From Microbotryum violaceum (Eukaryota), in assembly GCA_001244265.2 (NCBI GenBank), contig CDLV01000010.1, positions 930,001 through 994,000 of the forward strand: a stretch of 64,000 nt of DNA. Direction: 5' to 3'. Shown here in pieces: positions 13,344 to 28,176 of the stretch. Within the stretch, counting starts at the first letter, position 1. The number at the start of each line of letters is the position of its first letter. Both the position numbers and the translations under genes were made by a program. A model generated the notes under the pieces. That model ran no database searches. It saw only the letters and a list, made by a program, of their open reading frames with translations, and was not told where the DNA came from.

Positions 13344-15040
13344 TCAACTCTTCTCGATCTTTGCGCCTTCACGAGCGGCGTACCCTGTCCAACTCTGTTA
13401 CAAACAAAACAAGTCCAGTCAGCGCTCCAAGACCTGCGCTCAACATGATGCCTTAGATCAATCACAACTTCACCTCATCATAAACGGCTCCTCTTGCCTT
13501 CCCCTCTGTAACGATCTTCAACCCCAACCAGACAACCGCAGCCGTCATCCCACTCCCACAACTCGTGACCAAGCTCCTCTCCTCATTCTTGACCGATTCC
13601 CATCCTTCCTTCCCCAACGCTTCTTGGAACTTTGCTTCGAGTTCCTCAGCGGGGAGGTAGGTCTGGTAATAAGGATCGGTAGAAGATTTGGGGGAGAGTA
13701 AGGTGCCGAAGGGGAGGGAGAGGGAATGAGGGATATGACCTGAGGAGAGCCCGGCTCGGGGTTCAGGGTCCGTGCCGTGGTACCTGCACAGCGACAGAGC
13801 AAAGTCTAAGCACACTCGACACTTTTCATTCCGTTAGTTGTGACCGCGGAGAAGCATGAAACCCACCTCCCAGCCGGTCGGGCATCCAAAACATAATCGA
13901 CGTTGGCCGAAGCGCTCGGATCCCCCTTGTCGGCATTGGCGACAATTTCGGCGTTGTCGCGCGCGACCGAGGTATCTAGTTGAGGTTCAGGGTATTCGGT
14001 AAAGTGTTCTTCAATGTCGGCAATCTGTACGATGCGGACCAGCAGGGGTCAGTTTTAACACTCGCTTGCAAGGTTGCAAGATTGCATCACTTTCCCAGCC
14101 TGAAACCCTGCCCCCACTCGTCCCAACGAGCCCGCAGTTTCTCTCGGGTAATGGTCGGAATATCCTGCCCCTCAACAGATAAACTCGCCACCGCAACTCA
14201 CAAAATAAGATTCAACTTGGGGTCGTTTACGGTATAGCAACTCGGACATGATCGGGCCCCAACTGGCCTCCCTGTCATTGTGTTGTTCATGGACGTTGAT
14301 CGGTTTAGGTGGGGTCGACACGACGGGATTCTTTTCCGCGATCCAACGGGGCAATCCACCGTCCATGATGGAGACCTTGTTATGACCAAAGGCTTTGAAG
14401 GTGTAGAGAGCTCGTGGGGATGAAAACACACCGTAAGTGTCGTAGAAGATGAGGTGTTGGGATGGGCTCAGGGCGAGACGCGAGCAGGCGTCGGCGAAGA
14501 GCGAGGGCGAGGGGAGGTTGTGCGGTACGGGTGGGTCCGACTTGGTCGAGATGATGTCACTGAATCGGGTGGAGTTATCGATTCAATACGCTTCGTCTCG
14601 AACTAGTCTCACGGGTCAAACCATCCGCGATTGATTCGAGGCCGCTCCTTCCTCCTTGCGATCCTCGGTCCTCGGTCGGTCCACGGTGACCGACCCATTT
14701 CGGAGATCGATCGCTGACAATTTATGGCCGATTATCCCCTCGCAGAATCGAAACCACGCTCCACTCCAACTCACTGATCCCAAAACGTCGCCCCCGCGAT
14801 CCTCTTGTTTCTAAACTCGTCGTACGCGTTCCTAGGTGGGTCCAGGTTAGGCATATGCCATGACGCATCGAGCACGACCACTTGGTCCCTCGACCGCTTG
14901 GACAGCAGCTCGCGCACTTGGGAGGGCGTGACCAGCAGAGGCGTGGGGGACGAGGCGGAAGAGGACGACAACATGCGAGTGAGGAAGGAAGTGGTAGAAC
15001 CTGGGATGCGGAAAGGGCGTCGAAGCACACTGGGGAGCAT
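13344..15040 (-). CDS. TUM1: Tandem-rhodanese 3-mercaptopyruvate/thiosulfate sulfurtransferase
   Basis: VLDASWHMP, MDGGLPRW, GHIPHS, active-site loop CGSGMTA, and YDESWTGY after splicing. Confidence 0.9.
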
Positions 15041-15460
15041 CGTCGTCGGGGAAGGGGTGCGATCCGGTCGATGCGGGCGCGGAGGGGGGAGAGTGGAGAG
15101 AGGCAAAGAGAGGAGCGACCAGTTAAAGTGACGCGCGACGATCGACCGCTTCCCCCCCAAAAAGTGGGGCCTGGGGCAGAGCAATCGTGATCAGAATATG
15201 CAGACTCAGTAATTTACAGTACCAACCGATTCTCAAAATGATTTTGGTAACCCAATCAACTTCTTTCGAGATCGGACTTGATCTAACGAAAGTCGTAAAG
15301 GACCGAGCAGCGCAAGGTATACAACCCCTATGTCCGATTTCAATGTCACGTAATAAAACATACCTCGCTCTCTATCCTCGCTCAAAGACGATGAGCAGGC
15401 AGAAACAGAAAGAAGATAGATGATGAAAATCACAAGCAACGACCTGCCCCATCACACTCT

Positions 15461-16981
<1,521 letters not shown>

Positions 16982-17318
16982 CGTCGGTCTGAGACCTTGT
17001 GTTCGCGGGTGTTCGACGAGTAGCGGTGCCGTGGTCAGCGTGCGCCGGAATCCAGTGGCGAGAGAGGGTGAGGAAGGTGTCATTACGCGACGAGCGTGAC
17101 CGAAGCGCGCGAGTTACTTGCGCGTGCGTGCCGAATCGATTTGGCCCAATAGTAGTAAAAGGGGCCTTTGTGACCTTTCGCTTTTCCATTCGGCGCTAAA
17201 GCGCTAGAGGCTGCTAAAGCCGTTAGTCCGGAGCACCGCAGCCGCGCCTCGCACCATGCACGGCTCTCCCTCCTCTACCACATCGTCCTCCATCTCTCAT
17301 CACCTGCACAGCCACGCC

Positions 17319-18091
17319 ATGTCGCAGCGACTCTTTCTACGCGCACTGGGCGCACCAACACCACTGAAACGTAACATCAGCACCACACCATGCGCCTACT
17401 CTGCGTACTCTGCCTTCGGTGACGCCCTAGCTTCTTCCTCCTCGTCGTCGTTGCTGCGTCCTCTATCCCCATCAACATCCAGATCGTCCCCATCTTCCTC
17501 GACAGAACGAACAACCAAATCTTCTGCCCCAACCTCGACGTTCCCCGCCTTGACCCGCACGAGCTTACCCCCGCCGCCGCCGAGCGCGAAGCCGTCGGTC
17601 GAAACCGAGTTGCTTGGCTACCTCGCCCGACTCATCATGCAATCGGGCAAGCTCGAACGCGCGCACTCGCATATCGCGTTGATGCTGGCGCAGATCCAAA
17701 CCGCGACGCACTCGCCGCCATTGCCGGTGCTGCAAAAGGCGCTGCAGATCGTCGAGCCGTCGATCCGGATTGTCGGGAGGAAGAAGGGCACCAAGTCGTT
17801 GCCGACACCGCAGCCGCTGACGGAGAAGCAGAGGACGCGCCAGGCGTGGAAGTGGATCGTCGAGTCAAGTGACAAGCGACAAGGGATCGAGAAGCAGTTT
17901 GGGAAACGGTTGGCGCTCGAGGTCCTGGCCGTGCTCGGTGGTCAATCCGAGGCGATCAAGAAGAAGGAGGCCAAGTTAGTTCTATGGCGCTCTGTTGTTT
18001 GCATTGCCCATCGTCTGAATGCTGAAGTTTCTCTTCTCGTTCTCTCAGGCATCAGCAGGGTGTCGTCGGTCGGGCCAACGTGGGGCGGTAG
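17319..18091 (+). CDS. RSM7: Mitochondrial ribosomal protein uS7m
   Basis: Presequence; IMQSGK, PQPLTEKQRTRQAWKWIVESS, AIKKKEAKHQQGVVGRAN after one intron. Confidence 0.85.
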
Positions 18092-18683
18092 AGGGTCGGG
18101 CACGAAGAAGGGAAAGATTCTCGTCCGAAAAGCCTATCGTACTGCTGGCCGCTCGCATTGTATGCAATCTACACATCCCCTTAAGACTGATGTTGTGATC
18201 GCCTTGGTACACAATGACACTACGGTAGCCGCGAATTGTATCCTGCTTTACATGCTTGTACTTCGCGCCGACCCCCGGAGCCTGAGACGCCCTCGCAATT
18301 GTCAAAGTGAAGCGCGCGCTCGCGAAAATGACCCGGGCTGCGCGCCGCGCCACGGCTTGCCTCGTTGCTTGCTGCACATCCACCCACCCTCTCACCCACA
18401 CGCTGACCATCCACTTCGGCTTTCTAGTTTATCACCCTCCAACTCGTACTGCACGCAGATATCAGCCTTCCTGTACCTGCGCAACCACTACCGCCACACC
18501 CCCTCACCGCACCTCACTTGATCCCTTTGGCTCACAAGTTGAGAGTTCTGGTACCAAGTCGTAGAAAACCGTCTCCACTCGCTCGACTTCGCGCTCTCGC
18601 ACGCCAGCCAGCCCTCGCCTCTCGGCAGCGTCACGCCCTCCTTCATATTTTCGCTAGTCTGACTTGAGGCCTTCCAATCCACC

Positions 18684-20291
18684 ATGTCCCGCTTCTCACA
18701 ACCGGCCTCTACCACCCGCCGCCGTGAACCATCCTTTCCTTCGCTCGGCTCGTCGCAGCAGCAGCCGTCGTCGACAGCCTCGCAGCCGACCTCGGCTCGA
18801 GCCCCTGGCGCGTGGGGTACCGCATCCCCGGCCCCACTCGCTTCCAGCGCAGCCAACTCGACGACGCCCAACCCGAACTCTGCTACGATCACCGAGGTCA
18901 CCCGCAAATCGAGTGGACCTTCGCTTTCATTGGGCACGGCCGCACAAGGCACCCACGCCGACTCGAACGACGACACCTCGATCCACCCGCTCAAGTACAC
19001 CTGGGACGTATGGTTCTCCCACCGGTCCGGGGGTACGACCGCGGGTAAGAACACGAGGAAGGATGGCGCTGCTGCCAGTGCTGTCACGGGAGCGGGTGCA
19101 GCTGCAGACGCCGCTGCGACGCCCGTCAAGCCTGGCAAGGAGAAGGAGAGTCGAGAGGAGTGGGAGGGGGGGGTAGTCAGATTGGGAGGCTTCTCCAGTG
19201 TGAGTGCCGGCGCGGATGAATCTGTGTGATTTCTCCGTCACTTGTGTGCTCATAGATACATCTATGGGTCCCGCAGATCGAGTCCCTCCACCCTTTTTTG
19301 GCGCATTTGACTTGTCCCTCGGCGCTTCCGGCGTCGGTCGCTTCGACCGCCAACCTCTTTGATGCCACGGGCGAGAGCAGTCTCCCTCCTCAATCGAACG
19401 TCATCTCGGACCTCAACATTTTCCGCTCTCCGATCGCGCCCGCGTGGGAGGACACCGCCAACACCGGCGGTGGACGATGGGTCCTCCGCCTGCGAAAAGG
19501 CGTCGCCGACCGCGTTTGGGAAGAAGTTGTGTACGCCTTGGTTGGCGAGAGGATTGGGGGAGACGACGAGCGTATCGACTCCAAGGTCAACGGCGTCGTT
19601 TTGAGTGTGCGCAAGGACGAGGATATCCTGAGCTTGTGGTGCGCGCCAACGTCGAGGGAGCAGAGGGATTTGATTCGGTTCGTTCCGGCGTGCACAACTT
19701 CGGTCTGCTTCTCTCGAAAATGATCAGTGAACTCAAACATTCGTCAACTTTATTCATAACAGGGAAGCACTCCGAGCTGCTCTTGAGCCGTTGTTGACCT
19801 TGACCTCATCGACGAACCTGCAACTCGACTACAAGCCCCACCCCGTCGCCGGACACGCGACCGTACCGACGCGCAACGGAGTCGCCGCTTTCGATAGCGA
19901 GAACGGGACCGCTTCCCCCAACGGGGTCTCGCACCGACACCGCTCCGATCGGGATCACCACCACCATCACTCGAGAGGAGGAGACCACCACGAGCGACGA
20001 GCGAACGCGCATCATTCTCGTCGCGAGGACGGTACGACCGGTGACCGACGCGAGAGGACGACGCCGGGAGGTGCATCGTCCTCAGCACCTGGCGAAGGGA
20101 GAGATCGAAGGAATCTCGGCTTTTCATCCTACACGAACCGAGGGCTCGGGAGTGCTGAATCGAGAGGGGAAGGTGGGGATACCCCGACTCGATCGTTTGG
20201 GTCCGCTACGGGAGGCTTTGGCAGTCGACCGAGGAGAGGGAGTTTGGGCAAAGAGGGGGCCCCTGCACCTACCAACTCGAGGTGGACTTGA
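18684..20291 (+). CDS. eIF4E-family cap-binding protein, class II/4EHP-like, divergent
   Basis: HPLKYTWDVWF, PAWED, GGRWVLRLRKGVADRVWEE, GVVLSVRKDEDILSLW, DYKPH; long disordered termini. Confidence 0.88.
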
Positions 20292-21761
20292 GGAGGCCAG
20301 GTCATGATCGAGGTTTGAGTCTGCTTGTAGTTCGTTGGATGTTCGCACCCCCCCCCCCCCCCCACCATGCGAATCGATGGAATGTCACAGGCCACGACTA
20401 TCCTCTGAATCTGATGGCTCGGTGCACGCGAACATGACGTTCGTGCCGCGAGCGAAGAAGATATTGATAAGCAAGTTCAAATCCTCTCCCTGGAACAAAA
20501 TCCTTCGATTGAGAACGTCTAGAGACGCTTCAATCTGAACCGGGGTCTAGTCGCACTGCGGATGGCTACGCGTCATCGATGTTGCCAGCGAAGGAGCTCC
20601 TCTCCGAGTGTGCAGTCAAGCGAGCTTGCAGCTTGCGCTCGGTCTCAACCGCGCTTCACCCGCCACTATCTCATTCTGCTGTCATCCAGCGTCCACCATG
20701 GAAGGACGAAGCCCGGTACCAAACCCAAAAAACATCGTGCGTGGACCACTGACTTGTACTCAAGGGCTCTCATCACTGGCAGCCCTCGAATTTGCCTCAG
20801 CACCACGTGACTCCCTGACCGATCAGACATGCGCGTCACGATCACTCACTCTCAGCCTCGACGACTCCCTCAAATCACGCAGGACGACGCCGGACCAAAG
20901 CAGAGTCCAACGCGGGTATCAACTTTTTTTTCCCATCAACGCAAGTCCAAGCACTATCATCAGGGCTGGATGATTCGATCTGACTTCGTGGACGTTGCCG
21001 CCGGCTGTTGACAACTAGCCCGACTTGAAGACTGGCAAGCGCTTCACGATGCAAGAGGTGTATGGCCCTGCTCGCACATTCGTCAACGATCCTCTCAGCT
21101 GCGATCCACACAAAGAGACTTTCACTACCAACTCATTGGTAGGTGCTTTTGCAGTTGCGTTCTCGAACCTGGGGGAAGGTGAAGGTGAACCGGGTCACCC
21201 AAAGATCCCCCAAGCTTCCGCCGAGGAAAACGAGATCGAAGCAGCTTGAATGACGGACTACTAACACTACTGCTCGAAGACAGGCCCGCCTCCGGGACTT
21301 TTGCACCCAAGGAGGTACACTAAAAGTTCACGTGGCTCGATATGGGCTACAAGGTCGACCTTCATGCCTCTTCACAGCCTCGTCAACACGAGCCTCCTTC
21401 TCATCATGCGCCAGAGAATTTGGAGGAGCACCCCTCGCTGAGAAGGAGATACTAGCGGCGCCGCCTCAAGTGACGTACGAGGCCACCGTATCACATGCTC
21501 GAGTCGTTAGGGAGAACGATACCGTTGTTCCGGAGATTCCTCCTCGCTGAGCATTAAGTCCACTGCACGCCTGCCCGGAGCGCCCTCCGCTTGCGTCGAC
21601 TTTGCTGGTTGTTTGGCTTCAACTCTCTGCTCGCGAACCGCTTCAGGGCTCGAATACATGGGCCACGAATTGTATAGCTAGAATTCCCTCATTTCGCAAC
21701 TTCTGAATGCTGTGAAGTAGTCCAAGAGACCCCCGCCCTCCCCCCGGTGATAAATCCGTCC

Positions 21762-24092
21762 TCACTTCCAGCACGTGGGGATGCCACCCACCACTCGACT
21801 CCACTCCTTGAGCTTTGTAGCCGTGGCTTTCCTCGCTTCCTCCTCATCGTCTCGCGACTCGCCTCTCCGACTCTCTCTCTCACACCAAAAGAGGGCGAAG
21901 CCGACCTGGCTCCCCCTCGGCGGTGGTATCTTGAAAAAACCATTCGACCGCTCAAAGTACCATTTGTTAACGGGTTGTTGGACCGTGATCGCCACACCAG
22001 GTCGCGACCTTCTCCCAACCCCTGCTTACCGCCGACGTTGGGGTTCAATGCATCCAAGAGACCGAGACCGAACGATTCATCGCGCAGAGCACCCCATAAG
22101 AAATCGACCGTTCCGTCGCCCTGGAGCGAAGGAAGTACGGCAAACTTGTCCAGGTACGCGACCGGTCGACTCTCCGAAGCCCCCAAAGCTGAAACGGCCT
22201 CATCGCCATTGGAGTCCTCCAAAGGCGCCTCGTTCGTGACGATCGCGACCCCTTGGTAATCTCCCGCAATGATGCAGAAATCCAGCGTTTTTTCAAGATG
22301 CGCATAAAACGGCTCGGCGTCGAGTGTCTTGCCGAACGATGCCTCGAGCAACTTCGTCAAGGCCGGGAGGTCGATGTCAGACATTTTCCGAAAGACCCGG
22401 ATCGGCAGTCCTCGGCGAACGATCGTTGGTTGGTGCCTCATCTGCGTGCTGGGTAGAAGCGACTCGTGCAAGGAAGGTGAATGAGCGGGTTTATTGGTGA
22501 TAAGGTTGGCGATGAGACTTCGGGGTGATCGATGGGACACGAGCACCGCCGAAGCCGTGCGGGGGAGCTCGGCCAGGCAGTCTTGGAGCAGGGCCAGGTT
22601 CGCCAGTGATGTCGGATGCGAGTCTTGCCAGACAAACGTTTCGTTGATGTAGTCAAACTCGGAAGACAGATTAATGGAAAGGTGTGGGTTTCCTCGGCGG
22701 GCGTGGGAAGGAATACCCCCTTCTTGGTTGATGATCATGAGGCGCACGGGCGTCAGGTCGACGTCCTTGTTCCACCTCCGGTCGGCCTCGTACCGCAGAC
22801 CCGCTCGCTTAGCATGGTCGGCAAGACCGGCCGAGATGGCCCGGACAGCGTCGTTCGCCGATACGCACAGTGAGAAGAGCGACTGATCCAGCGCTATCGG
22901 GGGGATGACGGGGATCTCGCCTCGGCGAATAGAATCGCGGATCCCCGACAGCGAGTCGACGAACAGGTCCGACGGCGGTCTGGAGGAATCCGACTCGGTG
23001 GGGAGCTTGGACGTCGAGGCGATCGGCTTGAACGAGTCTTCAAACTCGGCCCCGCGGACACACAAAACTCCTTCGAGCAGTGGTCGTGCCGAACCCCCTT
23101 TCCTCTCGAGCATCTCGCACAGTCTCATCGTGTCGGCCTTCATCTGAGCGCGCAGTCGAATCGTCCTTGCGCGTCGCTCCTCGATAGAAAAGCGGCTGGC
23201 GCGTTCGTTCTCCCTGGAGAGCTCCGACATCCACTCTTCATGATCGACGACGATGATCGACACGAGACCGAGCTTTTTGAGGTAGACCATGCCCTCGGCG
23301 ATGCTCTCGAGCTGCCGCTCGGTGAAGGGACCCTGGATTTTAACGAGCGCGGTGTGCCGATTCTCCGGCGCGAGCAGCTCGTCGGCGAAAGGGGTTTTGC
23401 CCGCGATGATGTCGTCAAGGTCGGTGTTCGTGCCCGTCGAGGTTTTGACGGGAACGGCGAACGCTGTCGTCGGCGTCGCACCGTTCGCCAACGGGAAAGC
23501 TGGCGCCTCGGCCGAGTGGGAGCCATTCTGCGACCGAGACGAGCTCGGCGTCGGAGCCGCCGAGGCGCCAAAATTTTGGAGATAGAATCGAGAATCACGC
23601 GCTGAAGGATGCGCTTCCAAGACGGATAAGATCAAGTCCTGTGAATCATGATGACACGTCGAAAGATTCCCCTCGAGGGCGAATGAGTCAACGGTGTTCC
23701 TGCCCAGCGACGATCTCTGGGCAGCACGTGATAAGCGCGGCAACCAGCCTGGTACGACCGGGGCTCTCCCTTTCACGACCCACGAAGTGTAAGCTCCGTA
23801 ACCACCACTCACCCTCTGAGAGTTCTTGTCGTTTGAATGCCCTCGGGCGGCATGTTGCTGGCGAGAATGGAGCACACGATCTGCTCCGAAGGCGATCCGG
23901 GGCTATGCCACGATCACCGAAGCGCGACGACAGCGGGGCGTCAGTGCGTGGCCCTGGGCAGACGAGAGTTTGTAAACCCAAAGCGAGAGTACTAACCCTG
24001 GTGCAATAAGCCCCCAACACCAATGAGGTGGACGAGCACGTGCATGCTGGTCCCCTCGCGAAGCTCGACCACTGGACGACCGATCGCGCCAT
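21762..24092 (-). CDS. ARG2: Mitochondrial N-acetylglutamate synthase (apparent -1 frameshift at 21972-21974)
   Basis: AAK-like domain plus NAT/DUF619 domain (YLDKFAV, LVWRSR..NPVNKWYFERS). Two 5' introns join to an ATG at 24092. Confidence 0.85.
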
Positions 24093-24814
24093 TACGCGGG
24101 CGCCTCTTCGCAATCGAGCTCAATTCGGCACCCGAACGAGAGTGCAGCGCAGCCAACGCAGCCCCCCTAGGACGGAGTGGATAGGTGGAGTAAGGTCGGA
24201 CGTAAGGTCGGGCTCTACCGGAGATTGGACACCTCGTCTGCTCGCACACGGCCCTGGTCGGCCGGACAGGCCCTCTTGAGTCGCGCGACAAGAAAGCCCG
24301 AAACCAATCGAGGCGACGTCTCGTCCCGGAAACTCGCAACACGAGACTCGGCGGCGCATTCGGATATTGGCGGCGATCTAAAATAGGGAGGTCAAACCCC
24401 GAGTCGATCGATCTCGGTCTTTGTGTTGGGATCGAATTTGCTCTTTGGTATTTTGTTACCCACCCAACGAAGGTGATGACTTTACGAGGATAGGAGTGCT
24501 CGAGCTTGGGAGGCGAGCAGTGACATATAGACTCGCAAACGTTACATGAGATCGTGACAGGACAAGAAAAATGTGTACACAACAGGTTTACAAGCAGGTG
24601 GTATAGGAGGGCAAACATTAAACACAAGACAAGATAGTGTGCAAGAAAGTGCGAACGGCATTAGCGATGGCAAAGAAGAACGATGCGGCCAAACTGAGGC
24701 AAAGGGGTAGGAATGCAAACGGGGTGGGGGTTGGATCGTGAGGGGAAAAGAAAGGTAATGGTGATACGATTAAGAGGCCAAAACCAGGGGCACAAGAGAC
24801 AATATGATCAACGT

Positions 24815-26535
24815 TCACTGCTCTTCGCACTCCACCCATTCAGTGTGACCAGAGTCGACCGAAGAACTTCCGGGCGAGATGGACCGAGTCGGTGTGAGCT
24901 TGCTCGTGGAGAGGTGCGCTGGCTGCAGTGCGCGAGCCGGGCCATCGTCGTGGAGCACGAATCGAGAAGCTGACGGTGGTGCCAAAAGTGTTGTCGCAGC
25001 GAGCTTGACGTTGCGGGTGGGCGACGTCTCGCGCATGGACTCGAGGCTAGTCGAGCTGTCCTGGCTCTCTCGACCGGGCGCGGCATCGTCGAAGCGAGCC
25101 TCGCTCGCTGCAGACGCCGACGTCGATTCGGAGGCGACGCTGCGCGCATACTTTGGCCGCCCTTGGACGCCAGGGGGGAAGCGACGGTCGATGATGACCC
25201 AGTCCTGGGCCGTCGCGCCGCCGCGTGCGGTCAGATCCGCTCTCGGCGTCGCGATCGGAGTGACTTCGCTGGAGAGGGGCAACGGGGGGCCAAGGTCGAC
25301 AGGAGTTGCTGGGGGTAGTCGACCGTGCAGGGCACGATACTCAGCAATGACCTGGTTGGCCGGCGACAGGGTCGGGGAAGAGGCGTCGGCGGACAGACTG
25401 CTCTTGAGAGGCGGGCGGGGCGGAAAAGTCGACAGTGTCGAAGCATAGACGACGCGCTGAGGCACAAAATCGGCGTCCGACGAGTAGGCGGGCTGAGGCG
25501 CGAGCAGGTCCGGCCGCACTTCTTCTCGTCCATCCCAGCAAATACCCAAAGAGTCGCTCCAGAAGAAGCCGCTCGCGATATCGGACGGAGTCCGGGTGCG
25601 CGCCGATTCTTCTCTTCGCGAAGCCAGCTCGGTACGGCGTAACAGCTGATCCATGCGGTCCTCCTCCCCTGTCGAAACTGGCCGATGATTCCCCTCGCTC
25701 TTGCTCCGGCCCAGCTGCCCCCGAAACGAGCGCTTGAGCTGGGTTTTGGGAACATGAGTTGTCGTCACGGGAGCGTGAGCTGGCGCGGGCGCCGCAGCCG
25801 CAGCCGAGACCGGAGGCGTCGGCGCGGGCGCGACGTCAGCTGACCCGTCGAGAGGCGCGGGGTGTTGTACAACGAGGGTCGGCGCGATCAAAGGTGATGA
25901 TGACCTTGGCGGCTTCGAAGGGCTGGACGATGCGGACGATGTGAGGTTCCGTGCAGCGGTCGGTGATACAGCCCGCCCTTCTCGTTTGGCTGGCGATCCT
26001 GAGACGCGTCTAGCCAGAGTCGACTTGGACTGCGACAGGGATCGACCAAGTTTCTTGAAGAGGCCCGGCAGCGGGCTCGGCGGTGAGGCCGGTGAGGGGG
26101 GCAGCGGGGCATTGAGGTCTCGGTCCTGCAGCGGCGGCGTGGGGGGCAGAGCAAAGTTTATCCGTGCTGTGATGGACAAAGCCACGGAGCAAAAGTTGAA
26201 TAGCAACGTCAGCCAAGAGCGTGGGGCCGAGTGCACACTGGGAGAAGTGTGGCTCGACGGTCTTGGATCCGCTGCCTCGCTCTGGTCACGCGCGCCACGC
26301 GTATACGGCGCGAGTCCTTCGGAGGGGGACGCAGTCTGGGAGCACACGTACGACGAGCAGGACGATCCAGTTGCTTCCCGGACCGGGCCGAGACGATCAG
26401 CGAGGACGACCTGGAGAGTATGCGTCCCGTGGGCAGTCGCACTGGAGCGATTTGTCCATCGACGACGGTCAGCAATGGTGGCCGTGGTGACGAAGACGAG
26501 GTACCGCTGCTGGTGCCAGCTACGTCGTGAATCAT
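24815..26535 (-). CDS. Hypothetical Ser/Pro-rich disordered protein (2 exons)
   Basis: ATG at 26535; a GTACGT...GCTGAC...CAG intron at 26351-26167 joins in frame to the long ORF. No recognisable domain. Confidence 0.55.
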
Positions 26536-28036
26536 AGCGTCTCTGTGAGCGACGAGAGGGGAAGGCGGCTACAGCGTCAGTGGTGGATCCTACATCCTGT
26601 GTGCAGCAGGGGGTAATGGACTCGAGTGTGCTGAGGACTCACTGCGTCGCCAGGCGGGTTCGCAAGGTTTAGGACCGTAAGTACAAAGGCCAGAGGGGGC
26701 GACGCAGCGAAGGTGCCAAGCACGCGCCAGCCTACGCCGTCGCCGAGCCACCCCGCGACGCGCTTGGGGCCACGAGATTTGCACGGCCGAAAGGCGCCGG
26801 ACGTGTACTAGTATTATACGGTCCCTATCCTCAGAAACCCACTCGCGTCCATATGTCGAATCTGGTACACTACCGAATGTTTATGATCAGCCTATCGCAC
26901 GAAATACTCGGTCGCTCACCAACTTGCAGGGCAAAGCGGTACATATAGTGATATCGATGGGCTGTCTCAGGTCCGGAGTTAATTAAATGTCTAGCGATCT
27001 AGCGGGCTGTCCGGCTGTCGTCTGACGTCTGCATGCATCTGCACGTCTGCAGCCTGGCAGGCTGACGTCTGACAATGTCTGACCTCGCACATTAGATTCT
27101 GTGGTTGAACTGGCCTATAAAAAAGAGAATATCTGACCAGGCTTGATACATAAATAAACGAGCCCTAGTAAATGAATAAAATGCTGACCACCTCGGGCGG
27201 ACCACGTGACACTGCAGGGGCGCCTCATATGCGACTCTCTTCATGCCTAGGACCTTCGTCACCATCCGCCTACGCAACATCATTTGGAAGCTGCAAACGT
27301 TCTTCCACATCTCCACCTCTCTTTTTATTTTCATTTTGCAACAGCGAGTTGACGACATCTCCGGCACGATCGCGCTCCCCAATCTCGGCTCTTACCATTT
27401 GCGGATCCGAAACACTGGGCGGCGAGCAGCTTCTGCTTCGTAATTGAGCATAGTGGAACGCACACCAAGTTCCTCTCCGCAAGTCTCTCTAATGGTCGGC
27501 TATGACCTTAGTCAGCTCCTTCAATCGATGAAGCCTGACCTTGTGCGCTAATAAGAACTTTGCCATAGAAACATTTCGGCGCTGTTCGGCAGTCATCTCC
27601 GCTCGCGCGGGACCGCCAGCGACACCCCGGCGAGGAAATGACCCCCGCTGCGAGCCCGGGCAAGAGGTCGCTTCCTAATTGAAAGCCCTGGTTTCAGATC
27701 AAGTTAAATAACTGCGCGCGAGTCAAACTTTACTCCGCCAAACCGAGACACTTCTTCCGGCGTGCCGTTGGCCTTCAAAAAGACGGAGCGCGGCCCTTCT
27801 CCTGGCACTTTCCCCACTCCGGAACTTCTTACAATGTGTGATCGAGCTCCCAATGCCGTGGGACCCTCGGGCCGCTCTTCCGTCGTTGAGGATGCTGCGA
27901 CGGTTTTTAGCGCCAAGAGCTTCTCCTAATGTGTCGGGTTCCCTGATGTCATCAAAGGCACACCCGGGATCCAACGATAGGCTCCTTTTATATTTTATAT
28001 TTCGTGGAAGCAAGCTCGCAGCAAAGTCGAGTCGAG

Positions 28037-28043
28037 TATAAAT
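28037..28043 (+). promoter_or_regulatory. TATA box of the secreted Cys-rich gene
   Basis: TATAAAT 140 nt upstream of the ATG at 28177, followed by a pyrimidine-rich leader. Confidence 0.55.
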
Positions 28044-28176
28044 GTCCCATCGGATGCGAAACTCTTCTTCTTCTCTCTTCCATCACTCAAGCTCACCTAT
28101 ACACTCGTTCCAACCACATTCCTTTCATCAAACCAGACCAGCTCTCACCATTCACTCATTTACTCAGTCACTGACC

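Noticed and set aside
17976-18521. Extension of the uS7m ORF to 421 aa
   Set aside because: It reads through a clear GTTAGT...CAG intron; splicing gives the conserved uS7 end and a stop at 18091.
23639-23812. Stop-free, in-frame 174-nt ARG2 intron with an 8-bp hairpin, as a possible riboswitch
   Set aside because: No TPP aptamer core; stop-free introns are common at this GC content.
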